Source: an uncultured Bdellovibrionales bacterium (GTDB lineage Bacteria > Patescibacteriota > Minisyncoccia > Moranbacterales > DUUL01). From it: a stretch of 64,000 nt of DNA. The DNA lies in NCBI GenBank assembly GCA_964421125.1, contig CAYQVD010000002.1:13579-77578 (forward strand). The letters run 5' to 3'. The position numbers were made by a program, and so were the translations under genes. The notes below the pieces were generated by a model. The model was given only the letters and a program-made list of their open reading frames with translations, did no database searches and had not been told where the DNA came from. Of the stretch, positions 52,013-63,685 are shown piece by piece; positions within the stretch are counted from its first letter, which is position 1, and every line of letters starts with the position of its first letter.

Positions 52013-52474
52013 CTATTTTTCTAAGTTAATCTTCTGACCACCTTTTTGATGCCTTCTAACTGCTCGAATTCTTGCAAGCTGCACCTCAATTCCAGAAAAA
52101 ACTTCAGCATATTGTTTTTCGTCTTTCACTTCTCCTTGCATTTTCTTCATCTCTTTTTCTGCCCACTCCTTTGCTTTTTCAGCTCTCTCAAGATCAATCT
52201 CTTCTGATCTTTCAGCCGTATCAGCAAGAACAATAACTTTATTCAACAATACTTCCAGAAATCCTCCAGAAACTGCTATTGTTTTCTTCTTTCCATCATT
52301 ATCGACAATTTCAAGCACACCAGGAATCAAAGTTGAAACCAAAGGCATATGCTTTGGTAGAATAGTTATTTCACCTTCTTTAGTTGGAACAGTAACTTGA
52401 ATAATATAATCCTTCAGAACAATTTTTTCTGGAGTCACAAGCTCAAACTTTATTACCTTATTATCATCAAACAT
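52013..52474 (-). CDS. atpC: F1 ATP synthase epsilon subunit.
   Basis: Position and fold-consistent sequence. Confidence 0.8.
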   Translation of the reverse strand: MFDDNKVIKFELVTPEKIVLKDYIIQVTVPTKEGEITILPKHMPLVSTLIPGVLEIVDNDGKKKTIAVSGGFLEVLLNKVIVLADTAERSEEIDLERAEKAKEWAEKEMKKMQGEVKDEKQYAEVFSGIEVQLARIRAVRRHQKGGQKINLEK

Positions 52475-52489
52475 GATTGAAAATTAAGA

Positions 52490-53929
<1,440 letters not shown>

Positions 53930-54001
53930 TTAGTTGTTAGTTATTAGTTTATAATCATCAGTTAATCTATATTTAAATATATATTAAAATATATACATCA
54001 A

Positions 54002-54985
54002 TTACATATTTTCAAGAGCATCTGCTCCAGCACTAATTTCTGCAATTTCAGATGTGATATTCGCCTGTCGCGCTTTATTATATGAAAGCGTCAATTCATC
54101 CACTAAAGTTCCCGCTGCTTCATTAGCTTGATGCATTGCCGTCATTCTCGCGCTGTGCTCAGAGGCGTTTGATTCCAACATTGCTTGAAAAAGCTGAATT
54201 TCAATCAGTCTTGGAACCATATCTTCAAGAACTTCTTCTGCATTTGGTTCATACGTAAACACATAAACATTCTTCTTATCTTCATCTTTCAAATATTTAT
54301 CTTCCTTTTTTTGAATATACTCCTTACTAACTCCAATTTTTTCATCTCCACCAACAATACCAAGATGATCATCCTCCGCTTGAATATCAACCGGTAAAAG
54401 TTGCTTCACTCGAGCGATTTGTTTAGCTACGCTAATATAATCAGTATAAGCAACCATAATTTTGTCATATTTTCCTTCCAGGAATCCATTAATTACAAGA
54501 CTTGCGATTGGTTGAACCTCTCGGACCTCAAAGCAAGCATCTTTTTTCAAAAAATCAGCTGCAATCTTATGTCCATAACGAGAATAGATTGAAACACCTT
54601 TTTTCCCAACAGTAATGATTTCATGTTCAATCTTCTCCCCATCTTCATTCTTTTCGTGAAGATTAATTGACTCATTCACTTTATTAATAATTGCAGAATT
54701 AAAACCTCCACAAAGACCTTTACTTGAACTAATCAAGATAATTCCAACTTTTTTCACTCCAGATTTTTTATCCAACAAGGGATGCTTATTATTTCCTTGG
54801 GTATTAATTGCATTTGCAATATTCAAAACAGTTGTCCAACTCAAGTTAGCATATGTTCTGGTTTTCAAAACCGCTTCGGTTGCTTTTCGCATTTTTGAAG
54901 CAGCTACCATTTCCATCGCTTTCGTGATTTTAATGGTATTGTTAACCGATTTTATTCTTCGTTGTATCTCTTTAGTATTATCCAT
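54002..54985 (-). CDS. atpG: F1 ATP synthase gamma subunit.
   Basis: Conserved N- and C-terminal helices. Confidence 0.9.
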   Translation of the reverse strand: MDNTKEIQRRIKSVNNTIKITKAMEMVAASKMRKATEAVLKTRTYANLSWTTVLNIANAINTQGNNKHPLLDKKSGVKKVGIILISSSKGLCGGFNSAIINKVNESINLHEKNEDGEKIEHEIITVGKKGVSIYSRYGHKIAADFLKKDACFEVREVQPIASLVINGFLEGKYDKIMVAYTDYISVAKQIARVKQLLPVDIQAEDDHLGIVGGDEKIGVSKEYIQKKEDKYLKDEDKKNVYVFTYEPNAEEVLEDMVPRLIEIQLFQAMLESNASEHSARMTAMHQANEAAGTLVDELTLSYNKARQANITSEIAEISAGADALENM

Positions 54986-55037
54986 TCCTTAAAAATATCT
55001 TATATAAATACTATTTATTCTACCTATCCTAATCTGC

Positions 55038-56591
55038 TTAAGCAGAGACAGATTCTTTTTTCTCTTCCTTGATTAAATAATCCAGAGTTGCTTTATAGTC
55101 ATTAATAATTGTTTTCAATTCACCTTCTCCTTCTTCAGAAAAATCACCTGTATCATTAACTTCGGCGACATATTTCTTTGATCGACTCTCAATTTGCTCA
55201 AGAACTCCTTGCTCAAATTCTGTTATCTTCTCAACCGGCACATTATCTAAAAATCCATTAATAGCAGCATAAAAAATCGCAGCTTGAAGCTCAACTGCCA
55301 AAGGAGCATACTGACCTTGCTTAAACACTTCGGTAATTCGTTTTCCTCTTTCAAGTTTTAATTGAGTTTCTTTATCAAGATCAGATCCAAACTGAGCAAA
55401 AGCTGCTAATTCTCGGTATTGAGCAGCTTCTAGTCTCATCTTTCCAGCTACTTTTTTCATCGCCTTAATTTGAGCAGCACTTCCTACTCGAGAAACTGAA
55501 AGACCCGCATTCACTGCTGGCCGATTTCCCTGATAAAAAAGATCTGGTTCCAAATAAATCTGTCCATCAGTAATTGAAATTACATTAGTCGGGATATATG
55601 CAGAAACGTCACCAGCTTGAGTTTCAATGATTGGTAAAGCAGTAATTGATCCTCCGCCAAAATCCTTATTCAACTTACAAGATCTTTCAAGTAATCTTGA
55701 ATGAAGATAAAAAACATCCCCAGGATAAGCTTCTCGTCCCGGTGGACGTCGAAGCAACAAAGAAATCTCTCGATAAGCAACTGCGTGCTTACTAAGATCA
55801 TCATAAACAATCAAAGAATCTTCCCCTTTTTCTAGAAAATATTCTGCCATAGCAGTTCCGGTATAAGGAGCAATGTATGTCATTGAAGCAGGATCACTTG
55901 CTCCAGCCAAAATAATTGTTGTATATTCCATTGCACCAGCCTCTTGAAGTTTTGCTACAATATTGGCAATCTTTGACTCTTTTTGACCAATCGCAACATA
56001 GACACATTTGACACTCTTCCCTTTCTGATTAATTATTGTGTCAATTGCAAGCGCAGTTTTTCCAATTTGTCGATCTCCAATAATCAATTCTCGTTGTCCT
56101 TTCCCAATTGGAATCATTGAATCAACCGCTTTGATTCCAGTTTGAATTGGTTCAGAAACTGATTCTCGAGTAATAACTCCAGGAGCAATTTTTTCAATTG
56201 GATTAAACTTTCCAGATTTAATTTCCTCTTTTCCATCAACTGGTTGTCCCAGTGGATTCAAGACTCTTCCAACAACCTCTTCTCCAACTGGAACTTCCAG
56301 AATTCTTTCCAAGCAAATCACTTCATCCCCTTCTTTAATAGTCTCACAGCTTCCAAGAATAATGACTCCAACACTGTCTTCTTCAAGATTTAAAGCAACT
56401 CCAAAAACAGAACCTTTTGAAGTTTTAAATTCAAGCATTTCCGACATCATAGCAGTAGAAAGACCAGACACTCGAGCAATTCCATCACCTACTTGAATAA
56501 CTTTTCCAAAAGTCTGCTTCTTTATTTCTATCTTATGATCAGAAATTTTCTGTTTAAGTTCTTCAACAATAAAATCTTTTGTCGTAGACAT
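55038..56591 (-). CDS. atpA: F1 ATP synthase alpha subunit.
   Basis: GDRQIGKT Walker A. Confidence 0.97.
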   Translation of the reverse strand: MSTTKDFIVEELKQKISDHKIEIKKQTFGKVIQVGDGIARVSGLSTAMMSEMLEFKTSKGSVFGVALNLEEDSVGVIILGSCETIKEGDEVICLERILEVPVGEEVVGRVLNPLGQPVDGKEEIKSGKFNPIEKIAPGVITRESVSEPIQTGIKAVDSMIPIGKGQRELIIGDRQIGKTALAIDTIINQKGKSVKCVYVAIGQKESKIANIVAKLQEAGAMEYTTIILAGASDPASMTYIAPYTGTAMAEYFLEKGEDSLIVYDDLSKHAVAYREISLLLRRPPGREAYPGDVFYLHSRLLERSCKLNKDFGGGSITALPIIETQAGDVSAYIPTNVISITDGQIYLEPDLFYQGNRPAVNAGLSVSRVGSAAQIKAMKKVAGKMRLEAAQYRELAAFAQFGSDLDKETQLKLERGKRITEVFKQGQYAPLAVELQAAIFYAAINGFLDNVPVEKITEFEQGVLEQIESRSKKYVAEVNDTGDFSEEGEGELKTIINDYKATLDYLIKEEKKESVSA

Positions 56592-56623
56592 AATATTAGT
56601 AATTAGTTAGTAGTTAATAGTTT

Positions 56624-57025
56624 TTAATTATTTAGTGCTTGTTTTAAGCTAGCAATTCTATTCTTTAGGCTTGAATCAAAAATCTCATCTCCCAGCCTGA
56701 CAACAAATCCGCCCTTCAATTGCTTATCAACAATTACTTTAATATCGATCTCTTTACCGCCAGCTCTTTCTATTGCAAATTTTTTAATACTAATTAAATC
56801 ATCCGCATTCAATTCTCTTGCAGTAATAATCTCGGCTTCCAAGATATTATTTTCTTTATTCCAAATATTACTAAAATAGCTCAAAATCTTCTCGAGTTGA
56901 GAAACTTGATTGTTTTCCACTAAAACTTTTGAAAAATTATCTAAAATCTTTGACGCTTCTTCCTTTGAAACATTTCTCACCGATTCAAATAATGTTTGGG
57001 CATATTGCTTTGGTGTTGCTTTCAT
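56624..57025 (-). CDS. atpH: ATP synthase delta subunit (short, OSCP-like).
   Basis: Position between atpF and atpA. Confidence 0.75.
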   Translation of the reverse strand: MKATPKQYAQTLFESVRNVSKEEASKILDNFSKVLVENNQVSQLEKILSYFSNIWNKENNILEAEIITARELNADDLISIKKFAIERAGGKEIDIKVIVDKQLKGGFVVRLGDEIFDSSLKNRIASLKQALNN

Positions 57026-57034
57026 ATAAAAAAT

Positions 57035-57532
57035 TTATTCTAGTGATTTAGTCACCTTCTCAATTAACTCCTTATCATTTTTGTCATCAATCTTTTCATC
57101 CAAAACTTTCTCAAGTGCCAATATAACAATTCCGGATACTTCCGTCTTGATTTCCTTTAAAGTTTCCGTTTTTTCTGCTTTAATCTTTTCTTTTTCTATT
57201 TGAATAATTTGACCAACTTCTTCTTTAGCTTTTTCAATAATACTCTCTTTCTTTTCATTTCCCTCTTCTCGAGATTTTTCAACAATCTTTAAAGCTTCTT
57301 TTTTTGCCTCATTAATAATTTCTTCTTCTTTTCTTGATGCAATTTCTAATTTTACACCTGCTTCTTCAGCATCTTTTACACCTTTTTCAATTCCCTCTTT
57401 TCGTTCTTTGAGAAATTTAAAAATTGGCTTATAAGCTACATAATAAAGGGCTACTAATAAAATCGCAAAATTTATTAATTGTGCAAAAAGAATCTTTAAA
57501 TCTAATCCTAAAGCTTCAAATAACTTACTCAT
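57035..57532 (-). CDS. atpF: ATP synthase Fo subunit b.
   Basis: Single TM plus a long charged helix. Confidence 0.8.
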   Translation of the reverse strand: MSKLFEALGLDLKILFAQLINFAILLVALYYVAYKPIFKFLKERKEGIEKGVKDAEEAGVKLEIASRKEEEIINEAKKEALKIVEKSREEGNEKKESIIEKAKEEVGQIIQIEKEKIKAEKTETLKEIKTEVSGIVILALEKVLDEKIDDKNDKELIEKVTKSLE

Positions 57533-57559
57533 AAATCATTATTTTAAAAATCAAAAAGA

Positions 57560-57587
57560 TTTCGTCATTACGTGCGTAATGACGAAA
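57560..57587 (-). terminator. Perfect 12-bp stem-loop between atpE and atpF; candidate intra-operon attenuator or processing site.
   Basis: tttcgtcattac-gtgc-gtaatgacgaaa flanked by an A-run and a T-run. Confidence 0.45.
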
Positions 57588-57600
57588 CAATTTTTAGTTT

Positions 57601-57849
<249 letters not shown>

Positions 57850-57901
57850 TTATAATTATTTATAAATTTAATTACGTAATTAATTACTTACATAATTATT
57901 T

Positions 57902-58729
57902 TTAAACATCACATGACTGTACTGAAATATTCTCCTCTGATTTTCCTCCTTCTTCTGAGGCCATTGTAATATAAATCAAAGTTAATACAGCAAACACAAA
58001 TGCCTGAACTATTGCAGACAAAAGTCCCAAAAGCATAAACGGCAACGGCACTAAAAATGGAGCCAAAAACAACATCACAGCAGTCAAAACTTCTCCAGCA
58101 AAAATATTTCCAAATAAACGAAATGATAAAGAAATTACTTTAGCAATTTCACTAACCAAATCCATTATTCCCATAAAAACATCGAATAATCCTTGGGCCA
58201 ATCCACCAAAATCAACCTTTCCCTTGGTTAATCCCTTAAAAAAATCAATCAACCCCTTGAAATTCAAAAATTTTCCAACATATCCAAATGGTCCAACCGT
58301 ATAAATCGCAATAATCTGAGTAACGATAACTGAAACCATTGTCATTGCAAAAACCATTCCATAATCAGCAATCACCGCTCTAAAAACTGGGACCATGTCA
58401 TCTCCCCTAGCGACTGTTATTGCAGATTGCCCTGGAATATATACTAGTAAATTTGCAATAATGATAAAAAGAAACAACGTAAAAACAAGAGGGAAAACTT
58501 TTTCTGTTTTCTCATCACTTCCGGTTACAGTTCGAATAAAATCATATCCTCCCTCGAAAATCATCTCTACAAAATTTTGAACTGGTCCAGGAATCTTTTT
58601 CATCTTTTTTCCTACTACGCCCAAAAAAACAATTAGCGTTATAATCAAAATTAATCCCCAAAGAAATGAATTTGTCACTGGAAATGACCATAATTCAAAT
58701 AAAATATCTGGTGCTAATGAAATATTCAT
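57902..58729 (-). CDS. atpB: ATP synthase Fo subunit a.
   Basis: Polytopic protein with conserved Arg in the penultimate helix (SFRLFGNIFAGE). Confidence 0.9.
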   Translation of the reverse strand: MNISLAPDILFELWSFPVTNSFLWGLILIITLIVFLGVVGKKMKKIPGPVQNFVEMIFEGGYDFIRTVTGSDEKTEKVFPLVFTLFLFIIIANLLVYIPGQSAITVARGDDMVPVFRAVIADYGMVFAMTMVSVIVTQIIAIYTVGPFGYVGKFLNFKGLIDFFKGLTKGKVDFGGLAQGLFDVFMGIMDLVSEIAKVISLSFRLFGNIFAGEVLTAVMLFLAPFLVPLPFMLLGLLSAIVQAFVFAVLTLIYITMASEEGGKSEENISVQSCDV

Positions 58730-58731
58730 AA

Positions 58732-59031
58732 TTATTTTTCAATTTCTTGTTTTTCTCCACTCTTCTTTGCTTTCTTCTTATTGTAATATTCGTCAAACTT
58801 CACAGTTAATCTCTTGGTTTTCTTATAAATCAAGATATTAGTCGAAATAAATGCTAGTAAAATTCCTAAAAGCAAAAACAGAGGATTTTTCCCTGTCCAT
58901 TTATCTAAAAAATATCCAAGAATCCCAAAGACTAATAGTGGTCCTAAAATAGAAGAACTGGTATACGTAGCCACTCCTAATATTAAACCTGAAACACTTT
59001 TTGATTTCTCAAATAATTCTTCTTCTTTCAT
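58732..59031 (-). CDS. AtpI/AtpZ-like small two-TM protein at the head of the atp operon.
   Basis: Position and topology. Confidence 0.55.
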   Translation of the reverse strand: MKEEELFEKSKSVSGLILGVATYTSSSILGPLLVFGILGYFLDKWTGKNPLFLLLGILLAFISTNILIYKKTKRLTVKFDEYYNKKKAKKSGEKQEIEK

Positions 59032-59145
59032 GATTAATATTTACTTAATTTGAAACAACAAAAAAATGCATCACGAGCATTAATGTAATGCTACTACAGA
59101 TGCCTTATTCAGAGTCTTTTTGAAAAGTCTCTCATTTATATATTA

Positions 59146-59174
59146 AATATATATACGAATTTTGTAAAAGTCAA
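59146..59174 (-). promoter_or_regulatory. Candidate atp operon promoter.
   Basis: Minus strand TTGACT, 17 nt, TATATT. Confidence 0.35.
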
Positions 59175-59200
59175 GTGAAACATTTTTAGAAAAATTTCCT

Positions 59201-61108
59201 CTACTTCTTCATCACTTCTAAAAATGCTTTTTGTGGAATTTCAGCTTTTCCGGATTGAGTCATTCGCTTCTTTCCTTTCTTTTGTTTTTCGAGAAGTTTT
59301 CTCTTTCTTGTTATATCACCTCCATAAAGATGTCCTGTAACATCCTTTCGATAAGCCTTAATATTTTCTCGAGCAATCATTTTTCCACCAATCGCTGCTT
59401 GTATTTTAATTAAAAAGTTTTGTCGAGGAATAACCTCTTTCAATTTTCCAACAACTCTTCTTCCCTCGCTAACAGCATTTTCTCGTGGAACAATTTGAGA
59501 GAAAGCATCCACTTTGTCTTCTGCAACATAAATATCCATTCGCACTAAATCATAAGCTTGATATCCAGAAACTTCGTAATTCATTGAAGCAAAACCACTC
59601 GTAGCTGATTTCAAAAAATCATGAAAATTAATAATCACTTCTGAAAGTGGTGCATCGAAATGCAAAACAATTCTTTCCTTATCTAAATATTCCGTAGAAA
59701 GATAGATTGCCCTGGTTGTGTCATTAACAAGTCTCATAATCGCTCCTAAATATTCAGCAGGAGAAATAATATCAAGTTTCACCATCGGCTCAAGAATCTC
59801 TTTAATCATATTACTATCTGGCACCTCCGAAGCAGAATAAATATTCTTCTCACTTCCATCTGTTTTCACAATCTTGTAAACAACACTAGGAGAAGTAATC
59901 ACTGGATTGAAATCAAATTCTCGTTTCAATCGCTCTTGAACAATTTCTAAATGAAGCAAACCTAAAAATCCAATTCGAAAACCTCTGCCTAAAGATTGAG
60001 AACTTTCTCCTTCAAAAGCCAATGCGGCATCATTCAATTTTAATTTGTCTAGCGCATCTCGCATTTGATTATAATCCTCCCCTTCAACTGGATAAAAGCT
60101 TGCGTAAACCATTGGTCTCACAACTTTATATCCCGGCAAAGGCTCTATCTTATTTTGCTTTTTCGTATTACTGATATTTGATCTTAAATCGTCTTTTTTA
60201 AATTCAGCTTTTTGAATTGATTTGGAAACTGGAAATTGGAAATTGGAAATTTGCGCCAGAGTTATTGTGTCCCCCACTCGACATTCTTCAACACTCTTCA
60301 ACCCTGTTGCAATGTATCCAACTTCTCCAGCTTTTAGGTCTGACGTAGAATCAAGCTGAGGTCGAAACTTCCCTACTTCAATTGAATCCGCCTTGGAATT
60401 GGTAGCAATAAATTTAATTTCATCTCCCTTCGTAATTCCTCCATCAACAATTCTAACAAAAGCCAAAACTCCTTTATATGAATCATATTTAGAATCAAAA
60501 ATAAGCGCTCTCAAAGGCGCCTCCGAATTTCCACTTGGCGCTGGAACTTTTTCCACAATTCTTTCTAAAATCAAATCCATTCCTTCTCCAGTTTTTCCAC
60601 TAGCTAAAAGCACTTCATTTTCATCACATCCTAAAATTGAAACGATTTCTGCTTTTGTTTTCTCAACTTCTGCGTTAGACAAATCAATCTTGTTTAAAAC
60701 TGGAATAATTTCCAAGTCTTGTTCAATCGCTTGATAAAGATTCGCAAGTGTTTGAGCTTGAACTCCCTTCGTTGCATCCACTAATAAAACTGCTCCTTCA
60801 ACCGCAGCCAATGATCTAGAAACCTCATAACCAAAATCAACATGACCAGGTGTGTCAATTAGATTTAACATATATTCCTTATATTGCATCGTAGCTGGTT
60901 GCAATTTAATTGTAATTCCCCTTTCTCTTTCCAAATCCATCTGATCCAAAAACTGTTCTTTCATTTCTCTCTTCTCAATTGTTCCAGTCATTTCTAAAAA
61001 CCGATCAGCGAGAGTTGATTTCCCATGATCAATATGAGCAATTATACAAAAATTTCTAATATTTTCTTGATTCATCAATTTGTCATTCCCATAAAAATGG
61101 AAATCCAT
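59201..61108 (-). CDS. lepA: Elongation factor 4 (LepA). The start is probably at 61072 (MNQENIRNF...).
   Basis: AHIDHGKST and DTPGHVDF motifs plus the LepA-specific C-terminal domain. Contains a ggaaatt x3 micro-repeat at about 60228-60250. Confidence 0.95.
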   Translation of the reverse strand: MDFHFYGNDKLMNQENIRNFCIIAHIDHGKSTLADRFLEMTGTIEKREMKEQFLDQMDLERERGITIKLQPATMQYKEYMLNLIDTPGHVDFGYEVSRSLAAVEGAVLLVDATKGVQAQTLANLYQAIEQDLEIIPVLNKIDLSNAEVEKTKAEIVSILGCDENEVLLASGKTGEGMDLILERIVEKVPAPSGNSEAPLRALIFDSKYDSYKGVLAFVRIVDGGITKGDEIKFIATNSKADSIEVGKFRPQLDSTSDLKAGEVGYIATGLKSVEECRVGDTITLAQISNFQFPVSKSIQKAEFKKDDLRSNISNTKKQNKIEPLPGYKVVRPMVYASFYPVEGEDYNQMRDALDKLKLNDAALAFEGESSQSLGRGFRIGFLGLLHLEIVQERLKREFDFNPVITSPSVVYKIVKTDGSEKNIYSASEVPDSNMIKEILEPMVKLDIISPAEYLGAIMRLVNDTTRAIYLSTEYLDKERIVLHFDAPLSEVIINFHDFLKSATSGFASMNYEVSGYQAYDLVRMDIYVAEDKVDAFSQIVPRENAVSEGRRVVGKLKEVIPRQNFLIKIQAAIGGKMIARENIKAYRKDVTGHLYGGDITRKRKLLEKQKKGKKRMTQSGKAEIPQKAFLEVMKK

Positions 61109-61115
61109 TTATTTA

Positions 61116-61931
61116 TTAAAGTGGACTTTTAATATTCTTTAGTTTCGGATTTGTTACTTTAGTATAAATTTGTGTTGTTCTAATATTAGCATGACCAAGT
61201 AATTCTTGAACATATCTCACATCAGTTCCATTTTCAAGTAAATGCGTCGCAAAACTGTGTCGAAGTGAATGAAACGTCGCAGATTTTTTTATCCTTGATC
61301 TAATAAGTGCTACATGAAAAACTTTCTGCAATGAAGTAGTTGTTAATTTCCCTCCACGATTACTTTCGAATAAAAAATCGCCCCCATTCTTTCCTAAAAT
61401 CAAAGATTGAATTTCTTCCTTTATTTTTTCAGGAAAAACCGTAATTCGATCTTTTTTCCCTTTGGCATTTTTAATATGAATTATCAATTCTGCTAAGTCA
61501 ACATCTTTCACTTTTAAACTAACAACTTCACTCACCCTAAGACCAGCAGCATATCCCAATGAAACCATTAATTTATGCTTCAAATTTTTGATTTCGTTTA
61601 TAATTTTTTCAATCTCCCCTCTTGATAAAACAACTGGCAATTTTTGACTTCTCTTGGCACATTTAAAGTCAATCTTTTCTTTCAGTTTCAGAACTTCATA
61701 ATATAAAAATTTAACAGAATTCAATGCTAGATTAATTGTTTGAGAAGAATTTCCTTGTTTTTGTCTTTCTAATAAAAAATTTTCAATGGCCTTATTTCTA
61801 TCTTTGATATTTTCTTGCTTAGAAAAATTCAAATATTCTTTTATGTAGAATAAGTAAGCCTTTATTGTCTTTTGACTATAATTTCTTAATTTAAGTAAAT
61901 TTTCTGTTTTTTCTAGAATTGAAGATTGCAT
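61116..61931 (-). CDS. Tyrosine-type site-specific recombinase/integrase (XerC/XerD-like, short).
   Basis: C-terminal catalytic motif HSLRHSFATHLLENG...LLGH...TQIYT. Confidence 0.8.
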   Translation of the reverse strand: MQSSILEKTENLLKLRNYSQKTIKAYLFYIKEYLNFSKQENIKDRNKAIENFLLERQKQGNSSQTINLALNSVKFLYYEVLKLKEKIDFKCAKRSQKLPVVLSRGEIEKIINEIKNLKHKLMVSLGYAAGLRVSEVVSLKVKDVDLAELIIHIKNAKGKKDRITVFPEKIKEEIQSLILGKNGGDFLFESNRGGKLTTTSLQKVFHVALIRSRIKKSATFHSLRHSFATHLLENGTDVRYVQELLGHANIRTTQIYTKVTNPKLKNIKSPL

Positions 61932-61978
61932 ATTTATTTAAAAATAGTATAATCTAATTATATTTAAAATATAACATA

Positions 61979-61992
61979 AGTTCGCATAACAT
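61979..61992 (-). promoter_or_regulatory. Candidate recombinase target (att/dif-like arm) 45 bp upstream of the recombinase start.
   Basis: AGTTCGCATAACAT. Its reverse complement occurs at 50997..51010, and a 10/10 core occurs at 50960..50969. The arm resembles the E. coli dif XerC arm GGTGCGCATAA. Confidence 0.35.
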
Positions 61993-62081
61993 ACAAATTA
62001 TTGCTATTAAAAAATTAAAAGTTTAGATAAAAACCAGTTGTACGAAATTATTTTATTTTTGTTCTTAAAAATCTAAATATT

Positions 62082-62396
62082 AAAAAATCAGGAATGGGCT
62101 ACTATTTAAAACATTTAACGAGGAGGACAATATGGCTAAAATTAAAATAGGCAATTTGGTAATTCCAAAGGGGTATCGAGAAAATTGGCAAATAGGCAAA
62201 GTCATCGGCATGAAGCGCTTGGATTTAAACATCGGACCGATTCTGGTCATCATGGATTTTATTACAAGAAAATGGGTTGAAGAGTTGCCGATGCATGTCG
62301 ATAAGTTAGTCCGCGCGACATAACGCACATTCCAAACTATCGAGTTTTAATTAGGCGTATTCGTTAATCAACGTTTACGCCCATTCCTGATTTTTT
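62082..62396 (+). other. Small-ORF module bounded by perfect 18-bp inverted repeats, at 62082..62099 and 62379..62396.
   Basis: AAAAAATCAGGAATGGGC and GCCCATTCCTGATTTTTT flank the 62132..62323 ORF. Confidence 0.6.
62132..62323 (+). CDS. Hypothetical 63-aa protein with a strong Shine-Dalgarno (GAGGAGG) and a short hydrophobic core.
   Basis: AACGAGGAGGACAAT then ATG. GC is higher than in the surrounding DNA. Confidence 0.5.
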   Translation: MAKIKIGNLVIPKGYRENWQIGKVIGMKRLDLNIGPILVIMDFITRKWVEELPMHVDKLVRAT

Positions 62397-62634
62397 AATG
62401 ACAATAATGAAACAAAAATAAAATAACATCGCACAACACCGCGATAAGCGGCTACAGAAAATTTCCTTAATTACATATAATAATGAGTGAATTTTTCTTC
62501 CGACCCAAATTTCGATTCCCAATTAAATTAATAAGGAAGAATCAAAACTTCGCTTCATCGGGAAACGTTAAATGAAATAAAATTCAGACCTCTAACTCAA
62601 AAGTATTATAAATAACAATTTCTTTTTAAATGAT

Positions 62635-63327
62635 ATGCGTACAGGATTTGATATAAATTTGATTCAAGGGGATGGATACCTAGTTATTCCATTGTCTATG
62701 GTTAGATTAGGTAATAGTCAATCTCCAGAAGATACATATAAAATCTTTCATTATTTCTCTAAAAAATTAGCAACATATACGAATGATGTAATCTTGCTTT
62801 ATACAAGTGGTTTATATTTTAATGATGAAAATATAACTTATGAAAAGCGAGTTAAAATTAACGAACAAATGATAAATCATTCTTTGGCTCTTCGTAAATT
62901 AATTCAAAAGAAGAAAGAATTTATGCCGGGTGCTTTTCATTTTCTTCCAATAGATTACATCATTCTAAATTGTAAAGATTTTAGAGTATTTTTTAACAAG
63001 CTCAAAAGATTAGTTAAAACTGATGAGAAATTCAAAGAATGTGTGAAAAAAGATATGGGCAAAAGAGAATATAATGAAGCAAATGAAAATTTTATTCTTG
63101 AAGAAGTTGCAGTTGCCCATATCATAAAAGAGAGACTTGTTGAATTTCCAAGAACGCTTGTTAAAAATGATATCTGGAGATTGATTGCATATCCAGGAAC
63201 ATACATGGAAAGTGATAAGTATCAATGGAATAACAAGATTTTACCACAAAATGATATTATCAATCCTTTCCGCGGTACGCAATACGATTTTGAAAAAAAG
63301 AAATTGTTTGTCTATTCTGATATGTAG
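62635..63327 (+). CDS. Hypothetical 230-aa protein.
   Basis: Clean ORF with no motif. Confidence 0.45.
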   Translation: MRTGFDINLIQGDGYLVIPLSMVRLGNSQSPEDTYKIFHYFSKKLATYTNDVILLYTSGLYFNDENITYEKRVKINEQMINHSLALRKLIQKKKEFMPGAFHFLPIDYIILNCKDFRVFFNKLKRLVKTDEKFKECVKKDMGKREYNEANENFILEEVAVAHIIKERLVEFPRTLVKNDIWRLIAYPGTYMESDKYQWNNKILPQNDIINPFRGTQYDFEKKKLFVYSDM

Positions 63328-63685
63328 GGTCGGTCTGAATTTTACTTGCTTCACTTCGTTTCGCACCACGCTGCGCTCTCCTCCTTTCAGTCGTCGGGTC
63401 ATTTAACAGGGGATAAAAGGAAAATTGCTCGGCTCGCAATTTTCCCAAATTTTCTCCGCTACGCTACGAAAACTTCTTTTATCCCCGATGTTAGGCGATA
63501 TATTTTTGAAAAATTTGTTTTTAAAATGTTCTTGGTGGGCTTTTAAGAAATAGGGAATTAAATTTTTTTAATTTTTAAAGAGAGGGGTAAAGAGTGATTT
63601 CTTCGCTATCACTTCAAAAACGATTTATTTAAAATAACAAAACTTACATAATGATTACAATTTTAATTTATAAATAGCAATTAAT
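63328..63685. other. ORF-free GC-enriched structured segment.
   Basis: Nested inverted repeats: aggggataaaag...cttttatcccc enclosing gaaaattgc-tcggctc-gcaattttc. Confidence 0.3.

Noticed and set aside
60228-60250. ggaaatt x3 micro-satellite inside lepA.
   Set aside because: It is in-frame and within a variable insertion of LepA, so it is most likely a neutral coding micro-repeat.
61955-62000. Full 28-bp dif site by analogy with E. coli.
   Set aside because: Only the XerC-arm half matches (9/11). The downstream 11 bp do not resemble a XerD arm. Reported as XerC-arm-like only.
63260-63448. 62-aa basic ORF on the minus strand after a GGAGGAG-like sequence.
   Set aside because: It overlaps the 3' end of the 230-aa gene by 68 nt and has an Arg/Gln-rich composition typical of GC-rich noise.
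63440-63475. tmRNA tag-like sequence CTACGCTACGAAAAC.
   Set aside because: The order of elements does not match the ANDENYALAA reading frame (ACGAAAACTACGCT). No tRNA-like acceptor/T-arm with GGTTCGANTCC and CCA is present.
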